From: Chloroflexota bacterium
GTDB lineage: Bacteria; Vulcanimicrobiota; JAMCWD01
Direction: 5' to 3'
NCBI GenBank assembly: GCA_023475345.1
Contig: JAMCWD010000031.1
Span: forward strand, 1,585 to 65,584
Length of the DNA: 64,000 bases
The stretch's first letter is position 1. Each line of letters opens with the position of its first letter. Made by a program: the position numbers and the translations under genes. Positions 25,936-34,340 of the stretch are shown here, piece by piece. The notes under the pieces were generated by a model. That model saw only the letters and a program-made list of their open reading frames with translations, ran no database searches and was not told the DNA's origin.

Positions 25936-28002
25936 GTGGATGATATGTATTTAAAAATCAAGAAAGACCCCCGCGGCATTTCTCTTTTTAAGGGAAATAT
26001 AATGCTCGTCGTTATCATGTTTTGTTTCCTGTTTTGTCATGGGTGCCAGCGACCGGGAGGGTCACCCGTCCCGGGTTCGCCTGAAATGTTACCGGGGGGC
26101 CAGCCGGTGAAATCAATGGAGGACAAGTCGGACAGCGTATCTTATCTTTTGGACAGGGCCGGAGAAATGGCTGAAAATGGGGATTATAAAAAAGCCGAAA
26201 AACAACTGGAAGAAATCCTCAAACAAAAACTGACGTCTTTCCAGACCGCAAGGGCGGAAATACTTCTTGGAAAGTCCGCATTTTACGAGAAAAAATTCGG
26301 CTCCAGCCTTTCGGAGGCTGAAGGCGGGAAGGATTTAAAGGATATAAAAAAACATTTCGATACCGCCTCCGCCATGCTGGATAAGGTGAAAGGAAACGAT
26401 CCCGATATTCAAAAAGAACGATTGGCGCTGGCAGATACTCTCGAAGACAGCGGGTTCAGGGATGCGGCGATAAAGGAATATCGAAAAATAATTGACCGGT
26501 CACCGGGAAGCTACCCCGGCATTGTTGCGGGGATCCTTGAAGCAAAGCTCACCGTAATTGATGAAGACAGGGCCACGGTTTTGAAAAAGCTGGGAAAAGC
26601 CGGGGAAGATTTAAAAAGCCTGCCGGATTCCGAGAAGAGCCAGCCGATGCTTCTCCTGGGCCAGACGTATTATCATGTCGGGCTGACCGATAACGCCGTC
26701 CTTTTGCTGGAAAAAGTTATTGCATTTAACCCGGAATCTGACAACTCACAGGAAGCCCGCATTTACCTTGCCTGGATTATGCTTAAGCAGGGGAAGCCCG
26801 GAAAGGCGGCGTCTTACCTGGAAGGCGTAAGCCGGGCCGTGAAATCGAAAATAGCCGGGGGGAAAAACGAGGTCGAAGTTTCAGGCGGCGTATTGTTCGG
26901 CATGATAGTCAATACGCTTGAAAATGTACCGGGCAACAACGCTGCAATTAATATGCTGTCAAAGAGCATCGAAAGCAGGCTGAAATTCGGAATGGAGCAG
27001 TTCAAAAGAAAAAATTATCATGAGGCAGTCGATGAAATAGATCGTTGTATTAAAATGCTATCCCGGATCGACGGAATAAGCCGGGAACAGCTAGAGGACC
27101 CGAATTACTTTTCCAGCCTGCTGGATACGGAATCGAGCGATCCCGTTCTTTTACTGGAACTGGGGCGCCTGTTTTTGAACAGGGGCGAAAAGGACAAGGC
27201 AAAAAAAATATTAACACACCTCATGAATATTTCACCCGGTTCCTCCCAGTCGGTAGAGGCCGGGAACCTGATGGTTCAGTCAGGGCTGGCTGAAAGCGGG
27301 GAACTTGAAAAATTAAAAACTGTAATGATCAAAAACAGTTCCGCGGATACGCCTCAGAACAGGCTGATGTTCGCCATGAATTATTACGAAAAAGCAGATT
27401 ATAAAAGCGCCGCAAGGGAGATGGAATATATCGTCAAAAAATTTCCTTCATCACAGGAAGAAGTCCAGGCGAATTTATATCTTGTGCTGATTTATGCCGC
27501 CAGGGGAGACAGGCAAAAGGCCGAAACGATTTTGAAAAATACGGAAAAGAAAATATCGGACCAAAAATACCAGACCTCGGGGATACTGATAGCATGCGGA
27601 GATGCTTACAGGGCCGTCGGGGAAACGACGAAAGCCGCCGGGCTTTATCGCAAGAGCATAGAATTGTCAACGTATCCTTCGGCGCCTTTCGAAGGCGGGA
27701 TGAGGCTTGCACTCACTTTGATCTCCATGGAAAAAACCGACGAAGCAAAAAAAGTTCTGATGGATTTATGCGATTATATATCGGCGTTGCCGGAGAATGA
27801 AGCCATGGATAACAAACAAAAATACCTGGCGAATATGAACGAAATGGATTTCGCAGTATCGATGCTGATAAATAATTCCGGCCGGTCCGAAGAACGGAAA
27901 TCATATGCGGCGAAACGCCTTAATAATGCAAAAAAAATTCTTAATGAAGGCAGGTACGACGATTTTATCAAAGAGACGAAGAAAATAATTCGGGATTTAT
28001 AA
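25936..28002 (+). CDS. TPR-repeat protein with an N-terminal membrane anchor or lipoprotein-like signal
   Basis: 688 aa. N-terminus MLVVIMFCFLFCHGCQ. Repeated Ala/Tyr/Leu TPR-like helices throughout (e.g. GDYKKAEKQLEEIL, ADYKSAAREMEYIVKKFP). Confidence 0.75.
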   Translation: MDDMYLKIKKDPRGISLFKGNIMLVVIMFCFLFCHGCQRPGGSPVPGSPEMLPGGQPVKSMEDKSDSVSYLLDRAGEMAENGDYKKAEKQLEEILKQKLTSFQTARAEILLGKSAFYEKKFGSSLSEAEGGKDLKDIKKHFDTASAMLDKVKGNDPDIQKERLALADTLEDSGFRDAAIKEYRKIIDRSPGSYPGIVAGILEAKLTVIDEDRATVLKKLGKAGEDLKSLPDSEKSQPMLLLGQTYYHVGLTDNAVLLLEKVIAFNPESDNSQEARIYLAWIMLKQGKPGKAASYLEGVSRAVKSKIAGGKNEVEVSGGVLFGMIVNTLENVPGNNAAINMLSKSIESRLKFGMEQFKRKNYHEAVDEIDRCIKMLSRIDGISREQLEDPNYFSSLLDTESSDPVLLLELGRLFLNRGEKDKAKKILTHLMNISPGSSQSVEAGNLMVQSGLAESGELEKLKTVMIKNSSADTPQNRLMFAMNYYEKADYKSAAREMEYIVKKFPSSQEEVQANLYLVLIYAARGDRQKAETILKNTEKKISDQKYQTSGILIACGDAYRAVGETTKAAGLYRKSIELSTYPSAPFEGGMRLALTLISMEKTDEAKKVLMDLCDYISALPENEAMDNKQKYLANMNEMDFAVSMLINNSGRSEERKSYAAKRLNNAKKILNEGRYDDFIKETKKIIRDL

Positions 28003-28126
28003 GCCGGAGAAGGAGCATTCAGCTTGAATTTTTGTATGGTAAAATTTATCAGGCATGTTCCAGACAGGGAATCCGTCGCCGGGCGGAGAAGCCATGTCCG
28101 TTCAATAGAGAATTCCGGAGGTTATT

Positions 28127-28675
28127 ATGGGGGATGAGCAGACCGGCAAGAAAATTCTGATGGTATTGCCCGGAGGGCGTTTCGAAGACAATTCATACCA
28201 GAAGGTGCGCCAGATAATGGAGCGTTACGGCCACAGCGTCGAGGTGGCAAGTTCCAAGCCGTCGATTATTTTCGGGCTGAACAAAACCCGCGTGAGGCCT
28301 GATCATTTTTGGAAAGACGTGGATTTTGGAAATTATGATGTAATATATTTTCCGGCAGGCATAGGGGCGCAGGAATATTTCAACGACAAAGAACTCCACG
28401 AAGCCCTGAGGGCAGCCCACGAGAAGGGCAGGATGCTCGCCGCCATAGGCAATACGCCGTTAATTTTCGCCAACGCCGGGCTGTTGAAGGGGAAACAGGC
28501 TACGCTGATATTTTTCGAATCCGGGAAACTCAGGGAATCCGGCGGAGAATATACCGGCAAGACTCTGACTTTTGACGGAAATATATTTACAGGCAAAGGG
28601 CCGGAGATTTCCGACAAGTTCGGCCTGGCATTGATGAAGATCCTTAAAGGAGAGCCTCTGCCTTACGTGCCGTGA
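28127..28675 (+). CDS. DJ-1/PfpI family protein lacking the nucleophile cysteine
   Basis: 182 aa. KKILMVLPGGRFED, YDVIYFPAGIG and LAAIGNTPLIFANAGLLKGKQAT, where canonical members read AICxGP. Gly108 (28448-28450) replaces Cys. Confidence 0.8.
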   Translation: MGDEQTGKKILMVLPGGRFEDNSYQKVRQIMERYGHSVEVASSKPSIIFGLNKTRVRPDHFWKDVDFGNYDVIYFPAGIGAQEYFNDKELHEALRAAHEKGRMLAAIGNTPLIFANAGLLKGKQATLIFFESGKLRESGGEYTGKTLTFDGNIFTGKGPEISDKFGLALMKILKGEPLPYVP

Positions 28676-28699
28676 TCGGGCAACACCGGCGATTTTAAT

Positions 28700-30484
28700 G
28701 TGATTCCTGACGTTTCAAAAAAGAATAATTCAGAGCGGATAGCTGCCGTTCTCGTCTTTTTTATAATCCTTATTCTCGGCCTGCTTGCTTTTCTGCCGGT
28801 ACTCCCGTATTTCAAAACGCTTTATTGTGGCTGGGCTGGCGACGCAAGGGGGGAGTTTGAGAATTTTATATGGCGACACTGGTGGTTCTCGAAACTCTTC
28901 GATATAACTTCGCCTGAATCGCACGGCGACGCGCTCCGGAGGCTTTTCCTGATTTTTGCTCTCCCTTCCGATGTCAACTATACTTATTTCCCGGATTATA
29001 TACTTTCTTATTTTCTGACGAAATATGCGGGGATGCCTGCGGCCTGGAACGCCCGGTTCATCCTTGTTTTTTTTCTTAATATTTTTTCAGGCTATCTTTT
29101 GGGGAGGAAAATTTTCAAAACAAGGACCGCCGCCCTTGTCCTGGCGCTGTTTTTCGGCATGACGCCTTACGTGTTTTCATGGATGCAGGAAGGAGTTCCG
29201 GCGTATGCTTTTCTGATCGGATTTTCGGCATGGGGCTGGGTAAGGTTCATGAAAAAGCCCGGGATCTTAAATGCCCTGGTCGCTGCTTTATTTTATGCGG
29301 TCGCCGGGGCATGGTTCTGGTACAACCTGCTTTTCATGGGATTATTTTTTCTTGTTTACGGGGCCGGTTATTTATTTTCTGCCGAAAAAGGTTCGAGTCC
29401 GAAGCATCTGCCGGCTTATCTTATCGTTTTTATTCTTGCGTTCATTGTCTTCATACTGCCTTTTACGGCTCCGTTCTGGAAGATGAAAGCCCTGGATATG
29501 AAGCCGATGGGCCAGTCGGCTTATACGAAATTTCCGGTACCCGGTGAAATAAATAAGGCCGAGCTTCCTCCTGCCGAATTCAGGAACAATGCCGGTCCGG
29601 GCACGATTTATGCGCAATCTTTCTCGCCCGGCGAATTGTTTTGGTCGAAAAGGAGAGGCTTCATCCCGGTAATATTGTGGGTTATGGTTTTGATTTCGTT
29701 ATTTATAATCCCGAAAAGAAAATTCATGCCATGGATATTGTCTTCTTTATTATTTTTCATTTTGCTTCTCGGGCCGTATCTCAAGATAAGCGGCGCCGTA
29801 ACAGGCGTCCCGATGCCTTACCTGTTCCTGCTCCGGGTCTTTCCTTATATGGGCATCTTTTACTGGCTCCCGTACATGACGATATATCTGGTCATGTCTC
29901 TTGCAGTGATAGCGGGGGGTGGAGCGGATGTTATTTCATCTAAGATCGGGAGCGGGTACCGCCTTGCCGTCTTCATTTTGCTTGCCGGGATTTTGATAAT
30001 GGAGCTTATAAACCACGGGGTTTATCCCGTCTCTGCCGGGTGTTTCAAGGCCCCTGCATTTTATTATATGCTGGCCTCCGATAAGCGGGATTTCGGCATA
30101 ATAGAAACGCCTGCCGGCTGGGACTCTTCGATAATTAATGTTTTCCAGGTGATACATCAGAAAAAGATCCTTGGATCGGCTGTGCGCAGGCCGCCTTATT
30201 TCGGCGAGATTGTAAATGAACGATACATCGGGAGGCAATATTTCCCCCCCGGCGACCGCTTCCTTGAATTCCTGGATCAACTCCAGCAGGGCGGCATCCC
30301 GGATATAAAGATAACCCGCGAAGATATGGAAGCGGTAAAGTCCGCCGGGTACAGGTACCTGGTATTTCACCGCTTTTACGGGCCTATAAAATATGACGAA
30401 AATGACGACAGGCTTAACGCCGTTAAAAAAGCGCTCGGGCCGCCTTTATACGACATGGGCGAGATAGTGGTGTTCAAGTTATAG
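28700..30484 (+). CDS. Large polytopic membrane protein with a C-terminal soluble domain (possible GT-C/YfhO-like glycosyltransferase)
   Basis: 594 aa with a GTG start. At least 10 hydrophobic helices across the first 440 residues or so, then a soluble tail. The functional call is an analogy only. Confidence 0.7.
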   Translation: MIPDVSKKNNSERIAAVLVFFIILILGLLAFLPVLPYFKTLYCGWAGDARGEFENFIWRHWWFSKLFDITSPESHGDALRRLFLIFALPSDVNYTYFPDYILSYFLTKYAGMPAAWNARFILVFFLNIFSGYLLGRKIFKTRTAALVLALFFGMTPYVFSWMQEGVPAYAFLIGFSAWGWVRFMKKPGILNALVAALFYAVAGAWFWYNLLFMGLFFLVYGAGYLFSAEKGSSPKHLPAYLIVFILAFIVFILPFTAPFWKMKALDMKPMGQSAYTKFPVPGEINKAELPPAEFRNNAGPGTIYAQSFSPGELFWSKRRGFIPVILWVMVLISLFIIPKRKFMPWILSSLLFFILLLGPYLKISGAVTGVPMPYLFLLRVFPYMGIFYWLPYMTIYLVMSLAVIAGGGADVISSKIGSGYRLAVFILLAGILIMELINHGVYPVSAGCFKAPAFYYMLASDKRDFGIIETPAGWDSSIINVFQVIHQKKILGSAVRRPPYFGEIVNERYIGRQYFPPGDRFLEFLDQLQQGGIPDIKITREDMEAVKSAGYRYLVFHRFYGPIKYDENDDRLNAVKKALGPPLYDMGEIVVFKL

Positions 30485-30507
30485 CTGCCCGGATTTAATC
30501 CGGAACT

Positions 30508-31440
30508 TCAATCTATCTCGTGGGCGCCGTCCTTACAAACTCCTGACAACCGGAATGTGCTTTTCAATCCTGCCTTTGAAAACGCCATGACCATCGCTTT
30601 CCCGGCTTTTTTGCCGGTCTTCTCGTCTTTTACTATTGCAAAGACGGAAGGCCCGGCGCCTGAAATAGAGCACCCCATAGCCCCGTTCTGGACCGCGGCA
30701 AGTTTGACGTCGTAAAAGCCGGGAATAAGCCCGGCCCTTACAGGCTCCGCCACCCGGTCGTCTATCGAGCCGCGAAGAAGCTCCGGGTCGTTTTTTATGA
30801 ACGCGGCGGTTATGAGGCACGCATTGGCCATGTTGCTTATGAAATCTTTCATGTAAATTTTTTCCGGCAGTATGGCCCGCGCGTTCCTTGTCAGCACTTC
30901 CAACTCGGGGGTAACGATACAGAACAGGAGGTCTTCAATACTGCCCAGCGGGATGATTTCAAGGGGGTCCGAGCTGCGTGTTATTGTAGCGCCGCCGAGC
31001 ATGGAAGGCGCGGTATTATCCGCAAAAAAGCCCCCGCTGACCTGGGCCTCTGCGAGCGTGGCGGGCATTATAAGCTCCATCTTGCTCAGCTTGTTTCCGT
31101 ATAGCAGGTTCACGGCATAAGCACCGGCCACTGCGCTTGCCGCGCTGGAGCCGAGTCCCGCGCCGGAAGGAATATCTTTATGGATCTTAAGATCAGCGCC
31201 GCCGGGCGTCCCCAGCAGGTTGAGCACTTCTTTCGCAGCGATGCCCGCGGTATTTTCATCGGGATCCAGGGGCAGCCTGCCCCCGTCGCCCGTGATTTCG
31301 GAAATCACAATGCCCGACTTGATTTTACATGCCTCTACAACATCGCCTACGCCTTCCACGGCGACTCCAAGGACATCGAACCCCGGCCCGATATTCCCTA
31401 TCGATCCGGGAGCGAACACCTTTACGGCTCTTTTGTTCAT
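30508..31440 (-). CDS. thrB: Homoserine kinase
   Basis: GHMP kinase. VFAPGSIGNIGPGFDVLG and PSGAGLGSSAASAVAGA. Overlaps the thrC stop (ATGA). Confidence 0.9.
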   Translation of the reverse strand: MNKRAVKVFAPGSIGNIGPGFDVLGVAVEGVGDVVEACKIKSGIVISEITGDGGRLPLDPDENTAGIAAKEVLNLLGTPGGADLKIHKDIPSGAGLGSSAASAVAGAYAVNLLYGNKLSKMELIMPATLAEAQVSGGFFADNTAPSMLGGATITRSSDPLEIIPLGSIEDLLFCIVTPELEVLTRNARAILPEKIYMKDFISNMANACLITAAFIKNDPELLRGSIDDRVAEPVRAGLIPGFYDVKLAAVQNGAMGCSISGAGPSVFAIVKDEKTGKKAGKAMVMAFSKAGLKSTFRLSGVCKDGAHEID

Positions 31441-32675
31441 GCTATCTCCTCCAGGCTGTCTATAACTACGGGCGGGTTGGCAAACCTGTTCCCATGCCCT
31501 CCCAGGTGATAATCCACGGTAGTTGAGGGATCTTTCAGGAGGCTGCCTGTAAGGATGCAGACGATTTTTTCACCGGACTTCATAACGCCTGCTGCCGCCA
31601 GCTTTTTCGCGCCTGCAAGCGCAGCCGCCGATGCAGGCTCACAGCCGATCCCTGCCCCGTCTATTACCGCTTTGGCGTCGAGGATCTCCTCATCGGTTAC
31701 CTTTTCAACCAGCCCGCCGGTCTGTGTTATCGCCCTGCGTGCCTTCGCATAATTGACAGGGTTGCCGATCCTTATGGCCGTTGCGATAGTATGCGCTTCG
31801 ACAGGCTCGAAGCTTTTGAAGCCGGATTTATAAGCGTTATAAAGCGGGGCGGCCCCTTCCGCCTGTATTACCGCGAAGCGGGGGATCTTCGAAATCCAGC
31901 CGATTGAAAGCAGTTCCATGAAAGCCTTGTGGAAAGCCGAAGTGTTGCCGAGGTTGCCGCCGGGGGTTACCAGCCAGTCGGGCGCTTTCCACTTCATCTG
32001 TTCCATAAGCTCGAATATAATGGTTTTCTGGCCTTCCAGCCTGTACGGGTTAAGCGAATTTAACAAGTACACTCCCTTTTTGTCACAATACTCCTGGATC
32101 ATGCCCATAGCCTTATCGAAATCCCCGCGCACCTGGTATGTTTTAGCCCCGTAGGCCAGCGCCTGAGAAAGCTTCCCCTCAGCAATTTTTCCTTCGGGAA
32201 TTATGACGATACAACTCATCCCGCACAATGCCGCGTAACATGCAAGGGAAGCCGACGTATTGCCCGTGGAAGCACAACCGACTTTTTTGAAGCCCAGGTG
32301 GTTGGCCATCGAGACTCCCACGGTCATGCCCCTGTCTTTGAAAGAGCCGGTAGGGTTTTCGCCTTCATGCTTGAGGAACAGTAATGGAAGTCCGGCGTAA
32401 TCCGTTACTTTTTCAGAAAGATAAAGGCCTGTTCCGCCTTCCCCCCTTGTTATGATGTCGCTTTCGGGGACCGGCGGCAGCAGGATTTTATATCTCCAGA
32501 CGCCGCTGGGCCTCCCGCCTGCGCCTGTTATGAATGATGCGGGGAAATCTCCGGGCGAATATTTTTTCGCCCTGTCCAGATCATGCGAAGCCTCGATAAG
32601 GCCGCCGCAGTCACATCTATAGCGGACGGAATCGTATCCGTACGTTTTGCCGCATTCAATACAGGTTAAATTCAT
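31437..32675 (-). CDS. thrC: Threonine synthase
   Basis: N-terminal Zn-ribbon-like CIECGKTY…RCDCGG, PLP-lysine motif NPTGSFKDRG, and ASTGNTSAS. Confidence 0.95.
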   Translation of the reverse strand: MNLTCIECGKTYGYDSVRYRCDCGGLIEASHDLDRAKKYSPGDFPASFITGAGGRPSGVWRYKILLPPVPESDIITRGEGGTGLYLSEKVTDYAGLPLLFLKHEGENPTGSFKDRGMTVGVSMANHLGFKKVGCASTGNTSASLACYAALCGMSCIVIIPEGKIAEGKLSQALAYGAKTYQVRGDFDKAMGMIQEYCDKKGVYLLNSLNPYRLEGQKTIIFELMEQMKWKAPDWLVTPGGNLGNTSAFHKAFMELLSIGWISKIPRFAVIQAEGAAPLYNAYKSGFKSFEPVEAHTIATAIRIGNPVNYAKARRAITQTGGLVEKVTDEEILDAKAVIDGAGIGCEPASAAALAGAKKLAAAGVMKSGEKIVCILTGSLLKDPSTTVDYHLGGHGNRFANPPVVIDSLEEIA

Positions 32676-32854
32676 TTCGCCTCCCGGAGCAGGGTTGACG
32701 GATTATATATTTTTTTCCTGCATTTGACTTATTTCTTTAAATTCCCAGTTATAAAGGCTGATCCCTTTTTTATCGCGGTGAGGTTCTTGCATGTTTGAAT
32801 CGTTGTAATATTGAACCTGCCTCTTGCAGGGATGAAAAGTCTTACGCTGAAGAA

Positions 32855-33445
32855 ATGAATATGCATTACGCAGTCATACTTGCCGCAGGCAGAGGAAAAA
32901 GGCTGGGGGGCAGGATCAAGGCCCTGCTCCCTTTCATGAGCCATACTTTTATTGAGGAGATCATCGATAATATGGAATCGGCCGGGCTTTTCAACCGCAT
33001 GGTCGTCCTGAATCCCGATGGGGCCGAACGGGTAAAAAACGCCGTTAACCTGAAAGGCACAAAAATCGTGATCAACCCGGAGCCTGACCGCGGCATGCTT
33101 TCATCGATCCAATGCGCCTTGAAAGAGATGCCGGAAGACTGCGAGGGGATGGTATTACACCTTGTGGATCATCCTCTGGCAAAAACCGATACTTATAAAA
33201 AAGTTCTGGAAGCGGCACAAAGCTCTCCGGGAAAAATAATCATCCCGGAATGCGGCCCCAGGCATGGCCATCCGACGGTTTTCCCATCGAAATTTTTCCC
33301 CGAGATCCTGAACGGCCCGAACGACGAGGGAGTCCGGTCCCTCATAAGAAAACATCCTGAAGATGTCATCTATGTCAGCGTGACGGACTCCGGGATATTT
33401 TCCGATGTGGATACCGGGGAGCAATTTGATAGGATACAACGGTGA
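32855..33445 (+). CDS. mocA: MobA-like nucleotidyltransferase, probable molybdenum cofactor cytidylyltransferase
   Basis: MNMHYAVILAAGRGKRLGG, GMLSSIQCAL, LVDHPL, HGHPTVF and DVDTGEQF. The track ORF extends upstream to 32795. Confidence 0.8.
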   Translation: MNMHYAVILAAGRGKRLGGRIKALLPFMSHTFIEEIIDNMESAGLFNRMVVLNPDGAERVKNAVNLKGTKIVINPEPDRGMLSSIQCALKEMPEDCEGMVLHLVDHPLAKTDTYKKVLEAAQSSPGKIIIPECGPRHGHPTVFPSKFFPEILNGPNDEGVRSLIRKHPEDVIYVSVTDSGIFSDVDTGEQFDRIQR

Positions 33446-33485
33446 TGCGGAAGGGAAGAAATATTTTCGAGGAGAATCAATTCTC

Positions 33486-34340
33486 ATGGATATTTTTAAA
33501 TCACTGATTGAATTTCATGAAAAAGGCATACCGGTGGCGATGGTTACGGTAATAGACGCCGAAAGATCGACTCCGCGGGAGGAGGGCTCCAGGATGCTCG
33601 TCCTGGAAGACGGCCGAATAACAGGGACTGTGGGCGGCGGCAGGCTGGAAGCCGAATCCATCAAGGAAGCTCTTGCCGCGCTCAAAGAAGGCAAATGCAG
33701 GAGGCGGGAGCTTTCATTCAACCCGTCGGATGAAGGATCCATAATGATCTGCGGCGGACGTGCGGAAATCTTCGTTGAAGTATTCCTGCCGGGGCAGCGG
33801 GTAATTATTCTCGGGGCTGGTCACGTAGGACAGAAAGTCGCCGATGTCTGCTCGGCTGCAGGGATACCACACCAGGTCGGCGATGACCGGGCGGAATTTG
33901 CAAATAAGGAGAGGTTCCCCCATGCGGGAAGCGTTGTAGTTGCCCCGTTTGAGGAGATCCTGGAAAAATTCAAGGTTGACAAAGACGTCTCCATCGTCAT
34001 CGTTACAAGGGGGCATAAGCAGGACAATATATGCCTGAAGGAAGCCCTCAAGACTGATGCGGGCTATATCGGCATGATAGGGAGCAGGAACAAGGTTGCC
34101 AGTAATTTCCGGGATCTGGAAAAAGAAGGCGTCGTCGGCGCAGCCGGTGACCCGCGGGTTTATGCGCCCATCGGCCTCCAGCTTGGAGACAAGACCCCAG
34201 GCCAGATAGCGGTCAGCATAGTCGGCGAGATTTTGAAAGCGCGTTCTCCCAGGAAAGGCGTCCACATGCGGGAAACGCTCAATAATAAAAAAATCGAATC
34301 CGATACCAAAAAGATCCCGGAGGATGCTTCCTGGGTCTGA
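33486..34340 (+). CDS. xdhC: XdhC/CoxI family molybdenum-hydroxylase maturation factor
   Basis: MDIFKSLIEFHEKGIPVAMVTVIDAERSTPREEGSRMLV, GTVGGGRLE, and the Rossmann-like VIILGAGHVGQKVADV. The track ORF extends upstream to 33405. Confidence 0.85.
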   Translation: MDIFKSLIEFHEKGIPVAMVTVIDAERSTPREEGSRMLVLEDGRITGTVGGGRLEAESIKEALAALKEGKCRRRELSFNPSDEGSIMICGGRAEIFVEVFLPGQRVIILGAGHVGQKVADVCSAAGIPHQVGDDRAEFANKERFPHAGSVVVAPFEEILEKFKVDKDVSIVIVTRGHKQDNICLKEALKTDAGYIGMIGSRNKVASNFRDLEKEGVVGAAGDPRVYAPIGLQLGDKTPGQIAVSIVGEILKARSPRKGVHMRETLNNKKIESDTKKIPEDASWV

